Translations under genes and position numbers: made by a program
From: Sphyrna mokarran
Taxonomy: Eukaryota
Reading direction: 5' to 3'
DNA: 64,000 bases
NCBI GenBank assembly: GCA_024679065.1
Contig: JAGIQG010000011.1
Coordinates: 42,532,001-42,596,000 of the forward strand
In this document: in pieces, positions 1 to 9,365 of the stretch
Layout: every line of letters begins with the position of its first letter
Numbering within the stretch: position 1 is the stretch's first letter
Notes under the pieces: model-generated
The model's input: the letters and a program-made list of their open reading frames with translations, nothing else
The model's database searches: none
What the model was told of the DNA's origin: nothing

Positions 1-25
1 TTAGAGGGTCATTGCTTTTTCTTAA

Positions 26-90
26 TTGGTCGGCGCAACATCGAAGGCCAAAGGGCCTGTTCTGCGCTGCAATGTTCTATGTTCTATGAA
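26..90 (+). mobile_element. 3' tail of a CR1-type LINE or HE1-type SINE
   Basis: GGTCGGCGCAACATCGAAGGCCAAAGGGCCTGT followed by a (TTCTATG)n tail, typical of elasmobranch CR1/HE1 3' ends. Confidence 0.6.
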
Positions 91-185
91 AGACCCAATA
101 TCAGTTATTATTTTCTATTCCAAACCTATTCAAAAGGACATACATTACAGAAGATTATGGATTAAAGTCATTAATATTAAAACAT

Positions 186-314
186 TTTACCTGACAAAGG
201 AGCAGCGCTCTGAAAGCTTATGACTTCAAATAAACCTGTTGGATTATAACCTGGTGTCATGTGTCCACTCATTTTGTCCACCCCAATCCAACAACAGTAC
301 CTCCACATCATGGC
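186..314 (+). mobile_element. PLE pLTR remnant with decayed hammerhead
   Basis: CTGACAA-AGGAGC-AGC-GCTCT-GAAA-GC-TT, then AAATAAACCTGTTGG and ...CTCCACATCATGG. Homologous to the pLTR at 53600-53732. Confidence 0.75.
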
Positions 315-2689
315 CGTCATTAAACTTTTAAAACAAACCTCACATCAACAGCTCATGACAGGCAGCTTGTTTGCAAATGTCATGAACTTGCTGCACTTAT
401 ACTTTCTACATGTTCTACAAATAATAAATTTCCATACATGTGACAAATTCTAATTTTGCTTTGAAGCATTGAAAACATTTGAGGCACTGAAACATTTTCA
501 TGCAATAAATTTGCAACACATGTACATGTTGTACTTGTGCTGGGAGTTTTTGGAAAACATTTTTCATATTTTGTCCACTTTACTAATCCATAACCACATC
601 ACACCTCAATAATAACGTTCCTGCAATCTTGAAATTGAAAAAAAATCAAATCAAAATGAGGCACTTTGGATTGGCTTGAAATATTGAAAATGGTTTGGAT
701 AAAGACATTGCAACCTCCCAGCTTTATTGGCTGGGCTGTATTATGAGTACCCACACTGTACTAAAGTCTTATGATATTTTATTGCAGGAGAGTTAAAGAC
801 CAAGAAAAGGGTCAAATATCTGAGAGAGAAAAAATAGGTTTTCAAAGTTTTGTTCATTTATTGAACATGTTGTATGGAATGTTACTGCCATTATTTATGG
901 TTTACAGAAGCAAGTATCAATTGCTAAGGCACCTGTTACAATACTGACCACCTACTGTGGCAACATTATTCAGGAGACACTTTAATTGCTAACATTATCT
1001 ATGGTTTCCCTCAGCACTATCTATGTCATTGAAAACTATATTTTTAATACCCTGAGGTCTCACTTTTTCACTGTCTGATCATTGAATTTCCTTTACACTT
1101 TGTAGTTTACAATAATGATGACATTTTATAATATGTACAAGATTCAACAATATAGTTACATGTGCAGTTAAAATTGAACATATTTTCAAAAACACAATCC
1201 AGCACTGATGGTTAGTGTTACATTAGCTTGCGCAGAATAATTTGCTTCAATAACTAGCCCTATGGTTTTATGAAGATGGAATTTGAGCTGGATGTATTGC
1301 TTGTATAATACAAAATTGCAATATACCAATTGATCCTAAAATGGCTCTGAAAATTCCTGGGCTGGGATTTTCTGCTCCTGTTTGTGTTGAACAGGTTCAG
1401 CAACAGGAGGGAAAATATCATGAGAAATGCCAAGTCATGTTTTGCATTGGTATGAAAGCTTGCCGTGTTCGCCCTATCCGCAACCCCCCACCCTGTCAGT
1501 CATAAGTCACATTTTCAACATTGGAAAAACATTCACATCTCATTTTCGGGCCCAAATGCTGGAATCATACCACCTCGTCAGAAAATCCATCCATGGTATA
1601 ATGGTGCGGAGCATGACTGGCTTCAAAAGTCATGCACCTGGCTAACATGCCTCTGAGGAGAGCTTAGAGGTGAGCACAGCATTCGCAGAGCGGTACATAT
1701 TCACGGACAGAGGATTACCAGGATTTGACTTGGGAACACCAGGATTGACTCCAAGGCACAACAGGATAAAACTCAAAGAGTATTGTGGTGAGACTAGAAG
1801 GAAACCGGGAATCTGACTCAAGGGTACAGGATGCCAAGTTGCGGTAGATCAGGAGATTGACACTAGGAAGGGGTGAGGTAAGGGTAGGTGGGATGGTGGG
1901 CTTCTGGAGGCACGATATTGCCGAGGCCAAGGCTAATCAAAAAACATATCAGTCATCATTATCCTGTTGAGTTCCATGTAGCTGTAACTCAATTGACATG
2001 TGGAGAGTCAAACTAGTCATACAATTATGCCAACTCAAGCACCACTTACATGTGTGAGTATCACAGACTGCTCCTCAGCATTTAACTCCAGACACATTGA
2101 CTTCCAAAATTGATGACTGGCGTGATGTAGCTGTATCATTGCCTGACTGGGCAAGTAATTATAACCTCTTAGAAAGTTGGAAATGGTATGCTGCCCAAGG
2201 AGGTCTCTCATAATCTTTGGCTGTGTGTTGAAACGCATATGGACAAGCGTCCCCGTAGACCAGCAAAAGCCTTGAAGTGAAGCTTTGGACAATGTCTACT
2301 CCTGAGATGAGAGTTCAGGGTGCAGCAGAGTGGCTAAAGCTGTGACCACTCAGTCGTGATATGGGGCAAGAATGGCATGGGATCTTGCCAAAGCAAAATG
2401 CAAAATAAAGACTGCATCAATGTTGTGGCCAAGACATGTCAGTGGGCATTGAGAGGCAGCTTCAGACTATGAATGGATAAAGAGTGATCCTTAGGAAATA
2501 AATACTAACAGTCAAATCTCTCTCTTTGACACTGCAGTGAGGAGAACATATAGAACATAGAGCTTGGTGATCTTGTCATTCTTCTCGCTTATAGGTAGGG
2601 AAGAAAAAGAAGACATTCCTGGCTCATCAAAGGCAGGAACAGATCTTAAAGAGGAAGAGTAGCAGGACCTTCTTGCATACAGAGAATGA

Positions 2690-3160
2690 ACTCAGAGAAC
2701 CATCACTGTGTCTACCATATCTGCAGATATTTGTGAACCAATGTTGCTGAAAGTGTGCATGTCAAGGGAGTTTGCCGTGTTCTTTTGAATTTGATACCAG
2801 AGGCTTGGAGGGCATCCGCTGCCAGTGTCATTGGAAGTTACATTGATGCTTAGTTTGAATGCCAGTGGCTCTTTTCAGGGATCCACAAGTGACCTGTGCA
2901 GGATTTCACCAGCTTTCACACAAGTGCATCCAGGAGGTGAAGGATGCAAACTTCATAAGGGCACACAACTTTTTCATTTCAACCAGGATCAGGCAAGCCA
3001 GGATGCAAAAGCTGGCTCTGCACAGTTTATTTTCTACAGGTGCAGTGTGCCATCAAATGCATTCATCTGTACTAGGCCTGTCACCTTGTTGGCTGGTTTT
3101 ATTTCTGGACACGTGCAAGCACAGCATGGTGGACCATTACAGCACTGAGCATTCTCTCTG
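2690..3160 (+). pseudogene. Harbinger/PIF (HARBI1-like) transposase fragment
   Basis: Frameshifted peptides ASGSFQGSTSDLCRIS and HKCIQEVKDANFIRAHNF match the HARBI1-like N-terminal region. Similar to the copy at ~55.0-55.3 kb. Confidence 0.7.
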
Positions 3161-3402
3161 AAAATGGAAATAAAGGGCACAAGAGCCATCAGAATTCCAG
3201 CAGGTGCTCATTATGCACATTGTGTACAATATTTTGTTGTTGGTGACTGCTTGTTATTGATTCCTTTATTCTGGAGCAGTCAGGTTTTCCTCCTGTCTCT
3301 GTACCTCCACGGAGACTCATGGACCTTCTTGGGGAAAAAAAGTTAAGCCTTTATAAATGTGTCTCATGAAGTTCACCCTGACCACGTGACCATGCGAGGG
3401 CA

Positions 3403-3900
3403 TTGTTGTAGGAAAATTACCACTTCGGAGTCAGACTGGAGGAACAACAATACAGTTTTATTTAACAAAGCTTCATGGAAAAAAAGCACCAGCACTCCAC
3501 AGTACTGGACAGCTACCTTCTCTCAACGAAACAATAGAAGCAGTCCATTTTTATACCCTTTACACAATAGGTGGACCGGACACTATTAGCACATCGTTAT
3601 AGTCAAATGAGTACAACATTTCTTAACTCATTATTATGGACAAGTAAAGCCAAGATCATTTCAATATCACATTGTTCCATGAATGGGTACATTTCCTCTT
3701 TATCAATGACAATTTTATTCTATCCTTGTAGTAAGTGGTTCCTTTGTGTTTATGTATTCCTGTTCTTAATCTCCCTATCAGACCCCATTGTCCCAGGACT
3801 ATCTTTATCTCTTATAAGGTGCCTGGCTTCCTGAAGTGTCCGTTCCCTGTTTTAATTCAATTAACTGTCTGCCCTGTGGTTTAAATTTTAAGTAGTTGTC
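3403..3900. mobile_element. possible solo LTR fragment
   Basis: TGTTGT start, TTTATT (minus-strand polyA signal) and LTR-like composition. No family recognised. Confidence 0.3.
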
Positions 3901-4137
3901 TGTGTTTGAAAGTCAGTATCTGTGTTGGAAGTCAGTGCAGGTTTAATGCCTTTTAACCTCTTATGTGCCGGACAGCTATTTTTATGCCAGATATCCATCT
4001 TTATGGCTTTCTTCCACCTTCAGCATATTTGTGAAGCCACTACAAACCTTGCTGAAGTTTTCTGGAGCAGGTCCTCAACATGGTCAAGCAATGCTTCTAA
4101 TCCTTAACTGAATGACAGTCCTGCTTGTACATCTTGG

Positions 4138-4485
4138 TGTAGAGATGCCAGCGTTGGACTGGGGTAGTAAGAAGTCAGTAAGAATTTAGCAACACCAATT
4201 TTAAATACAATCGATTTATTTGATAGTAAATCTGCGAGCTTTCGACACTCTTGTGCCTCCGTCAGGCAAATGCAGTGTTCTGGTCTGTAATCGCACACAT
4301 ATCAACACTGACAGTCACAGACTGCTGATTAGAATGCAAATCCTTACATCTAACCTGCTATTCAAGTGTTAAAGTGGCTAACAATGTGTGTGAAGGAAAT
4401 CCTGAGCATTGGTTAGACAATTGTGTATTTTCTCCAGACAGCACAGTAAGTGAGGTTTTTTGCTAACCCAGGCAAGTTACGGTGG
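4138..4485 (-). repeat. 3' pseudo-LTR of the PLE
   Basis: Near-identical direct repeat of 7166-7497 and inverted repeat of 8411-8727. Confidence 0.9.
4230..4271 (-). ncRNA. minimal type I hammerhead ribozyme (one core change, CUGACGG)
   Basis: AUUUGC-CUGACGG-A-GGCAC-AAGA-GUGUC-GAAA-GC-UC-GCAGAU. Confidence 0.7.
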
Positions 4486-4910
4486 TTACAGATAGTGTGT
4501 CATGAAGCCAGGATCCCTATTAAGACCATCCTCATGTGTGCGGAACTTGGCTATCAGTCTCTGCTCAGTGACTGCGCTGTCGTGTGTCACGAAGGCCCCC
4601 TTGAAGAACATTTACCCGCAGGTCAGAGGCCGAATGCCCATGACTGCTGAAGTGTTCGCCCACAGGAAGGGAACTGTTTTGCCTGGTGATTGTTGAGCGA
4701 TGCTCATTCATCGCTGTCGTAGTGTCTGCATGGTCTCCCCAATGTACCATGCTTCGGGACATCCTTTCTTGCAACGTATTAGGTAGACAACGTTGGCCGA
4801 GGTGCAAGAGTATGTACCGTGTACCTGGTGAATGGTATCCTCACGTTTGATGATGTCGTCCATGTCTATGATCTGGCATGTCTTGCAGAGGTTGCTGTGG
4901 CAGGGTGTGT
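4486..4910 (-). pseudogene. Cys-rich linker and GIY-YIG endonuclease of the PLE, frameshifted
   Basis: PCHSNLCKTC linker, NVVYLIRCKKGCPEAWYIGET, ...GLNRDLGFMTHYL-stop (TAA at 4488-4486). Small indels near 4908, 4710 and 4572 relative to the other copies. Confidence 0.88.
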
Positions 4911-7163
4911 GGTATTGTGGTCACTGTTTTCCTGAAGGTTGGGTAGTTTGCTGCGAACAATGATCTGTTTGAGGTTGTGCGGTTGTCTGAAAACAAGAAG
5001 TGGGGGGGTGGGGATGGCCCTAGCGAGATGTTCATCGTCATCGATGACATGTTGAAGACTCCGGAGAAGATGTCGTAGCTTCTCCGCTCTGGGGAAGTAC
5101 TGGACAACAAAGGGTACTCTGTCCACCGTGTCCCGTGTTCGTCTTCTGAGGAGGTCAGTGCGGTTTATCGCTGTGGCACGTCGGAACTGTCGATTGATGA
5201 GTCGAGAGCCATATCCTGTTCTCACGAGGGCATTCTTCAGCGTCTGGAGGTGTCTGTCACGATCCTCCTTATCTGAGCAAATTCCGTGTATACGGAGGGC
5301 TTGTCCATAGGGAATGGCTTCTTTAACGTGTCTATGGTGGAAGCTGGAGAAGTGGAGCATTGTGAGGTTGTCTGTCGGTTTGCGGTACAGTGAGGTGCTG
5401 AGGTGACCGTCCTTGATGGAGATGCGTATATCCAAGAATGCAACTGATTCTGGAGAATAGTCCGTGGTGAGTCTCATGGTGGGATGGAACTTGTTGATAT
5501 CATCATACAGTTGTTTCAATGATTGTTCACCATGAGTCCAAAGGAAAAAGATGTCATCAATGTATCTAGTATAGAACTTTGATTGAAGATCTCGTGTGGT
5601 GAAGAAGTCTTGTTCGAACCTGTGCATGAAGATGTTGGCATACTGAGGTGCGAATTTGGTTCCCATGTCTGTTCCATGTGTCTGGATGAAAAGCTGATTG
5701 TTGAAGGTGAAGACATTGTGGTCCAAGATAAAGCGGATGAGTTGTAAAATTGCATCCGGAAACTGACAGTTGTTGGCATTGAGTACTGAGGCAGTTGCAG
5801 CAATACCATCGTCGTGGGGGATGTTGGTGTAGAGCGCCGAGACATCCATTGTGACAAGGAGTGTCCCTGGTTCAACTGCTCCGTGTGTGCTGAGTTTCTG
5901 TAGGAAGTCCGTAGTGTCAAGACAAAAGCTGGGGGTTCTTTCTACAATGGGTTTCAGGATGCCCTCGATATAGCTGAAGAGGTTCTCACACAGGGTCCCA
6001 CTGCCCGATACGATGGGACGGCCGGGTATGTTTGCTTTGTGTATCTTTGGGAGGCAGTAGAGATCTCCAATGTGGGGAGTACGTGGAATGAGAGCCCAGA
6101 GGGTGTTCTGAAGGTCCGGATCAAAGGTTTTGATCAGAGTGTTGAGTTGACAAGTGTGTTCTTTGGTCGGATCTGCTGGTAACTGTCTGTAGTGTCTCAC
6201 ATTGTTTAGTTGTCGGTACACTTCTTCACAGTAGTCCGTTTTGTTCAGTATGAAGGTGGCGCCTCCTTTGTCTGCTGGTTTGATGACAATGTTGCGGTTG
6301 GTCTTGAGAGCACGGATGGCCTTGCTTTGTGCTTGGGTGATGTTCGGGACTGTCCTGTAAGTGCGGTTGATGAATCTGGTGTTCGTGCACCTCCTGATGG
6401 CTTGGGCATACATGTCCAGTGGGGGGCAGCGGCCTTCCGGAGGAGTCCAATTGGATTCATTCCTCTTCAGTTGCTGCACTGCGGATCCCTCTGTCGGCTG
6501 TTCTGGTTCATTAGCTGTCTCATTGAGTCCACTATTGGCCTCTTGGGGTTTGTGGAAGATCTCTCGCAGCCTCATTCGCCTGATGAATTCCTCTGTGTCC
6601 GCTGCAAGACTGATGGGGTCCATTTTGGTGGTGGGACAGAAATTGAGCCCTCGGCTGAGAACTTTGATTTCCTCTGATTGAAGTGTGTAGTCCGACAAGT
6701 TAACAATGGATCTCCCTGCGGTAGTGTTGTTTTCTACTGTGGTGCCAAGAGAGGCTTGGTTGTTGCTGGTGGCGATGCTGAGTTTTTCAAGTTTCCTGTT
6801 CTTAATGTGCATGTAAATGGTGTAGTTTCTTTGTCTCATCTGCTTGGCAAAGTTTTGCAGCTGATCTGCGTCCTGAGCGCAAGTTGAGAATATGTATTCC
6901 ATTTTACTTTCCAGGGTGCAGCATTTGCTATAGAGCTGGTGTATGAGGTGATTGAGGAGTGTGAGAGAGGTGCGACGGCAAAGCCTCTCAGCATAGTCCG
7001 TGTTATAGGTTGACCTGAGTGGGTTCATGATCTGTAGTCCCTTTGGTATCCTGTCTGCTTTCTTGCATCTCTGTAGAAACTTGATGTCTGTGTCAATATG
7101 TGCAATCCTCTTGGAGATCCTCTCCACTTGGATGCAGCAGAATGCGGTGTCGATAGTAGTCAT
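4866..7163 (-). CDS. PLE polyprotein: N-terminal domain + reverse transcriptase (765 aa, ends shortly after a frameshift)
   Basis: Motifs IKPADKGG, LYCLPKIHK..PGRPIVS, LVTMDVSALYTNI, QTHGTDMGTKFAP, YTRYIDDIF, FLDI, LYRKPTD are typical PLE RT and thumb motifs. Confidence 0.93.
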   Translation of the reverse strand: MTTIDTAFCCIQVERISKRIAHIDTDIKFLQRCKKADRIPKGLQIMNPLRSTYNTDYAERLCRRTSLTLLNHLIHQLYSKCCTLESKMEYIFSTCAQDADQLQNFAKQMRQRNYTIYMHIKNRKLEKLSIATSNNQASLGTTVENNTTAGRSIVNLSDYTLQSEEIKVLSRGLNFCPTTKMDPISLAADTEEFIRRMRLREIFHKPQEANSGLNETANEPEQPTEGSAVQQLKRNESNWTPPEGRCPPLDMYAQAIRRCTNTRFINRTYRTVPNITQAQSKAIRALKTNRNIVIKPADKGGATFILNKTDYCEEVYRQLNNVRHYRQLPADPTKEHTCQLNTLIKTFDPDLQNTLWALIPRTPHIGDLYCLPKIHKANIPGRPIVSGSGTLCENLFSYIEGILKPIVERTPSFCLDTTDFLQKLSTHGAVEPGTLLVTMDVSALYTNIPHDDGIAATASVLNANNCQFPDAILQLIRFILDHNVFTFNNQLFIQTHGTDMGTKFAPQYANIFMHRFEQDFFTTRDLQSKFYTRYIDDIFFLWTHGEQSLKQLYDDINKFHPTMRLTTDYSPESVAFLDIRISIKDGHLSTSLYRKPTDNLTMLHFSSFHHRHVKEAIPYGQALRIHGICSDKEDRDRHLQTLKNALVRTGYGSRLINRQFRRATAINRTDLLRRRTRDTVDRVPFVVQYFPRAEKLRHLLRSLQHVIDDDEHLARAIPTPPLLVFRQPHNLKQIIVRSKLPNLQENSDHNTTHPATATSARHARS

Positions 7164-7497
7164 GATGTAGAGATGCCGGCGTTGGACTGGGGTAGTAAGA
7201 ACTCAGTAAGAATTTAGCAACACCAATTTTAAATCCAACCGATTTATTTGACAGTAAATCTGCGAGCTTTTGACACTCTTGTGCCTTTGTCAGGCAAATG
7301 CAGTGTTCTGGTCTGCAATCGCACACATATCAACACAGACAGTCACAGATTGCAGATTAGAATGCGAATCCTTACATCTAACCTGCTATTCAAGTGTTAA
7401 AGTGGCTAACAAATGTGTGTGAAGGGAATCCTGAGCATTGGTTACAGAATTGTGTACTTTCTCCAGACAGCACAGTAAGTGAGGTTTTTTGCTAACC
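7164..7497 (-). repeat. 5' pseudo-LTR of the PLE (5'-truncated), abutting the ORF ATG
   Basis: Direct repeat of 4138-4470. Reads ...CATCTCTACATC-ATG on the minus strand. Confidence 0.9.
7258..7299 (-). ncRNA. minimal type I hammerhead, decayed (CUGACAA, AAAA)
   Basis: AUUUGC-CUGACAA-A-GGCAC-AAGA-GUGUC-AAAA-GC-UC-GCAGAU. Two CpG-type transitions in the core. Confidence 0.65.
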
Positions 7498-8727
7498 TGA
7501 CAGACAACCGCAAACCGATAGACAACCTCACAATGCTCCACTTCTCCAGCTTCCACCATAGACACGTTAAAGAAGCCATTCCCTATGGACAAGCCCTCCG
7601 TATACACAGAATTTGCTCAGATAAGGAGGATCGTGACAGACACCTCCAGACGCTGAAGGATGCCCTCGTGAGAACAGGATATGGCGCTTGACTCATCGAT
7701 CGACAGTTCCGACGTGCCACAGCGATAAACCGCACTGACCTCCTCAAAAGACGAACACGGGACACGGTGGACAGAGTACCCTTTGTTGTCCAGTACTTCC
7801 CCAGAGCGGAGAAGCTATGACATCTTCTCTGGAGTCTTCAACATATCATTGATGACGATGAACATCTCGCTAGGGCCATCCCCACCCCTCCACTTCTTGC
7901 TTTCAGACAACCGCACAACCTCAAACAGATCATTGTTCGCAGCAAACTACCCAACCTTCAGGAGAACAGTGACCACAATACCACAGCAACCCTGCCACAG
8001 CAACCTCTGCAAGACATGCCAGATCATAGACATGGACGACATCATCAAATGTGAGGATACCATTCACCAGGTACACGGTACGTACTCTTGCAACTCGGCC
8101 AACGTTGTCTACCTAATACATTGCAAGAAAGGATGTCCCGAAGCATGGTACATTGGGGAGACCATGCAGACACTATGACAGCGGATGAATGACATCGCTC
8201 AACAATCACCAGGCAAAACAGTTCCCTTCCTGTGGGCGAACACTTCAGCAGTCATGGGCATTCGGCCTCCGACCTGCAGGTAAATGTTCTTCAAGGGGGC
8301 CTTCGTGACACACGACAGCGCAGAGTCGCTGAGCAGAGACTGATAGCCAAGTTCCGCACACATGAGGATGGTCTTAATAGGGATCTTGGCTTCATGACAC
8401 ACTATCTGTAACCCCCGTAACTTGCCTGGGTTAGCAAAACACCTCACTTACTGTGCTGTCTGGAGAAAATACACAATTCTCTAACCAATGCTCAGGATTC
8501 CCTTCACACACATTGTTAGCCACTTTAACACTTGAATAGCAGGTTAGATGTAAGGATTTGCATTCTAATCAGCAGTCTGTGACTGTCAGTGTTGATATGT
8601 GTGCGATTACAGACCAGAACACTGCATTTGCCTGACGAAGGCACAAGAGTGTCGAAAGCTCGCAGATTTACTATCAAATAAATCGGTTGGATTTAAAATT
8701 GGTGTTGCTAAATTCTTACTGAGTTCT
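7498..8727 (+). repeat. inverted 5'-truncated PLE arm (RT C-terminus, EN, pLTR)
   Basis: Reverse complement of ~4170-5385. ORF fragments RKPIDNLTMLHFSSFHH and VVYLIHCKKGCPEAWYIGET, with internal stops. Confidence 0.92.
8626..8667 (+). ncRNA. minimal type I hammerhead ribozyme, intact core
   Basis: Stem I AUUUGC/GCAGAU, core CUGACGA, stem II GGCAC/GUGUC, GAAA, vestigial stem III with palindromic AGCU, predicted cleavage after C8661. Confidence 0.85.
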
Positions 8728-9129
8728 TTGTACATCTTGGACCAGGGTAGTGCCAGAGCAGTGTCAGTTTGATGGCAGGGTATTGTCAGCGGTTGCCAGC
8801 TTGACACCAGCAAGTGCACTTGGATAAAGATTATTTCCTGGTTTGCTAGCTGTGCTTTGGGGCAACATCTTAAGGTGGTACCCAGATGTAGTATTTGACT
8901 TGATGACAGTGCAGGCAATTCAGAGCTACCAACCACTGACATACTATGGAACCTGTGACTCCAAGTTTTCTTTTCTAAGTCCCGGATTATGTGGTGGAAA
9001 AAGCTGCCACTGCCTTCAATGGCCTTAATGACGTTTTCCCAGCTGACATTGGCCTTTGTCAACATCAGAGAAAATCTCAACCCTATAATGTTCTTCTTTT
9101 CTATAATAACCCTTAAGATGGCAGCATAT

Positions 9130-9365
9130 CAAATGTAGTGCATTTGGATTTCCAGAAGATTACTAGTTCCTCTTTACTCAACCTACTTGTAACATTCTCA
9201 AGCAAAATAAATTTGTCAAATATGATTTCCCTTTCATAAAACTATGCTGACTCTGCCTGATTGCATTATAATTTCCTAAGCAGACTGCTACTGCATCTGT
9301 AATCATGATTCTAGCATTTTCCCAAGGAGAGATGTTAGGCTAACTAGCCTAGAGTTACTTGTTCC
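9130..9365 (-). mobile_element. CR1-like LINE fragment
   Basis: GTCAAATATGATTTCCCTTTCATAAAACTATGCTGACT and GATGTTAGGCTAACTAGCCT resemble the reverse complement of CR1 RT sequence. Confidence 0.55.

Larger units (their letters stand above)
4138..8727 (-). mobile_element. Penelope-like element (Neptune-type): pLTR-ORF-pLTR on the minus strand plus an inverted 3' arm, 13-bp TSD
   Basis: RT + GIY-YIG coding on the minus strand. Direct repeats 4138-4470 and 7166-7497. Inverted copy 7507-8727. TTGTACATCTTGG flanks both ends (4125-4137, 8728-8740). Confidence 0.95.

Noticed and set aside
790-838. Possible exon after ttgcag
   Set aside because: Weak donor and no recognisable peptide or phase support.
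4900-4915. Programmed frameshift between RT and EN
   Set aside because: No slippery heptamer, the two arms have opposite indels, and PLEs normally encode one ORF.
6210-6887. + strand ORFs of 155, 106 and 69 aa
   Set aside because: Antisense shadows of the PLE RT ORF with no independent motifs.
8607-9080. 157-aa minus-strand ORF
   Set aside because: It crosses the TSD junction and fuses a degenerate flanking sequence (possibly an old LINE) to the antisense pLTR, so it is a chance chimera.
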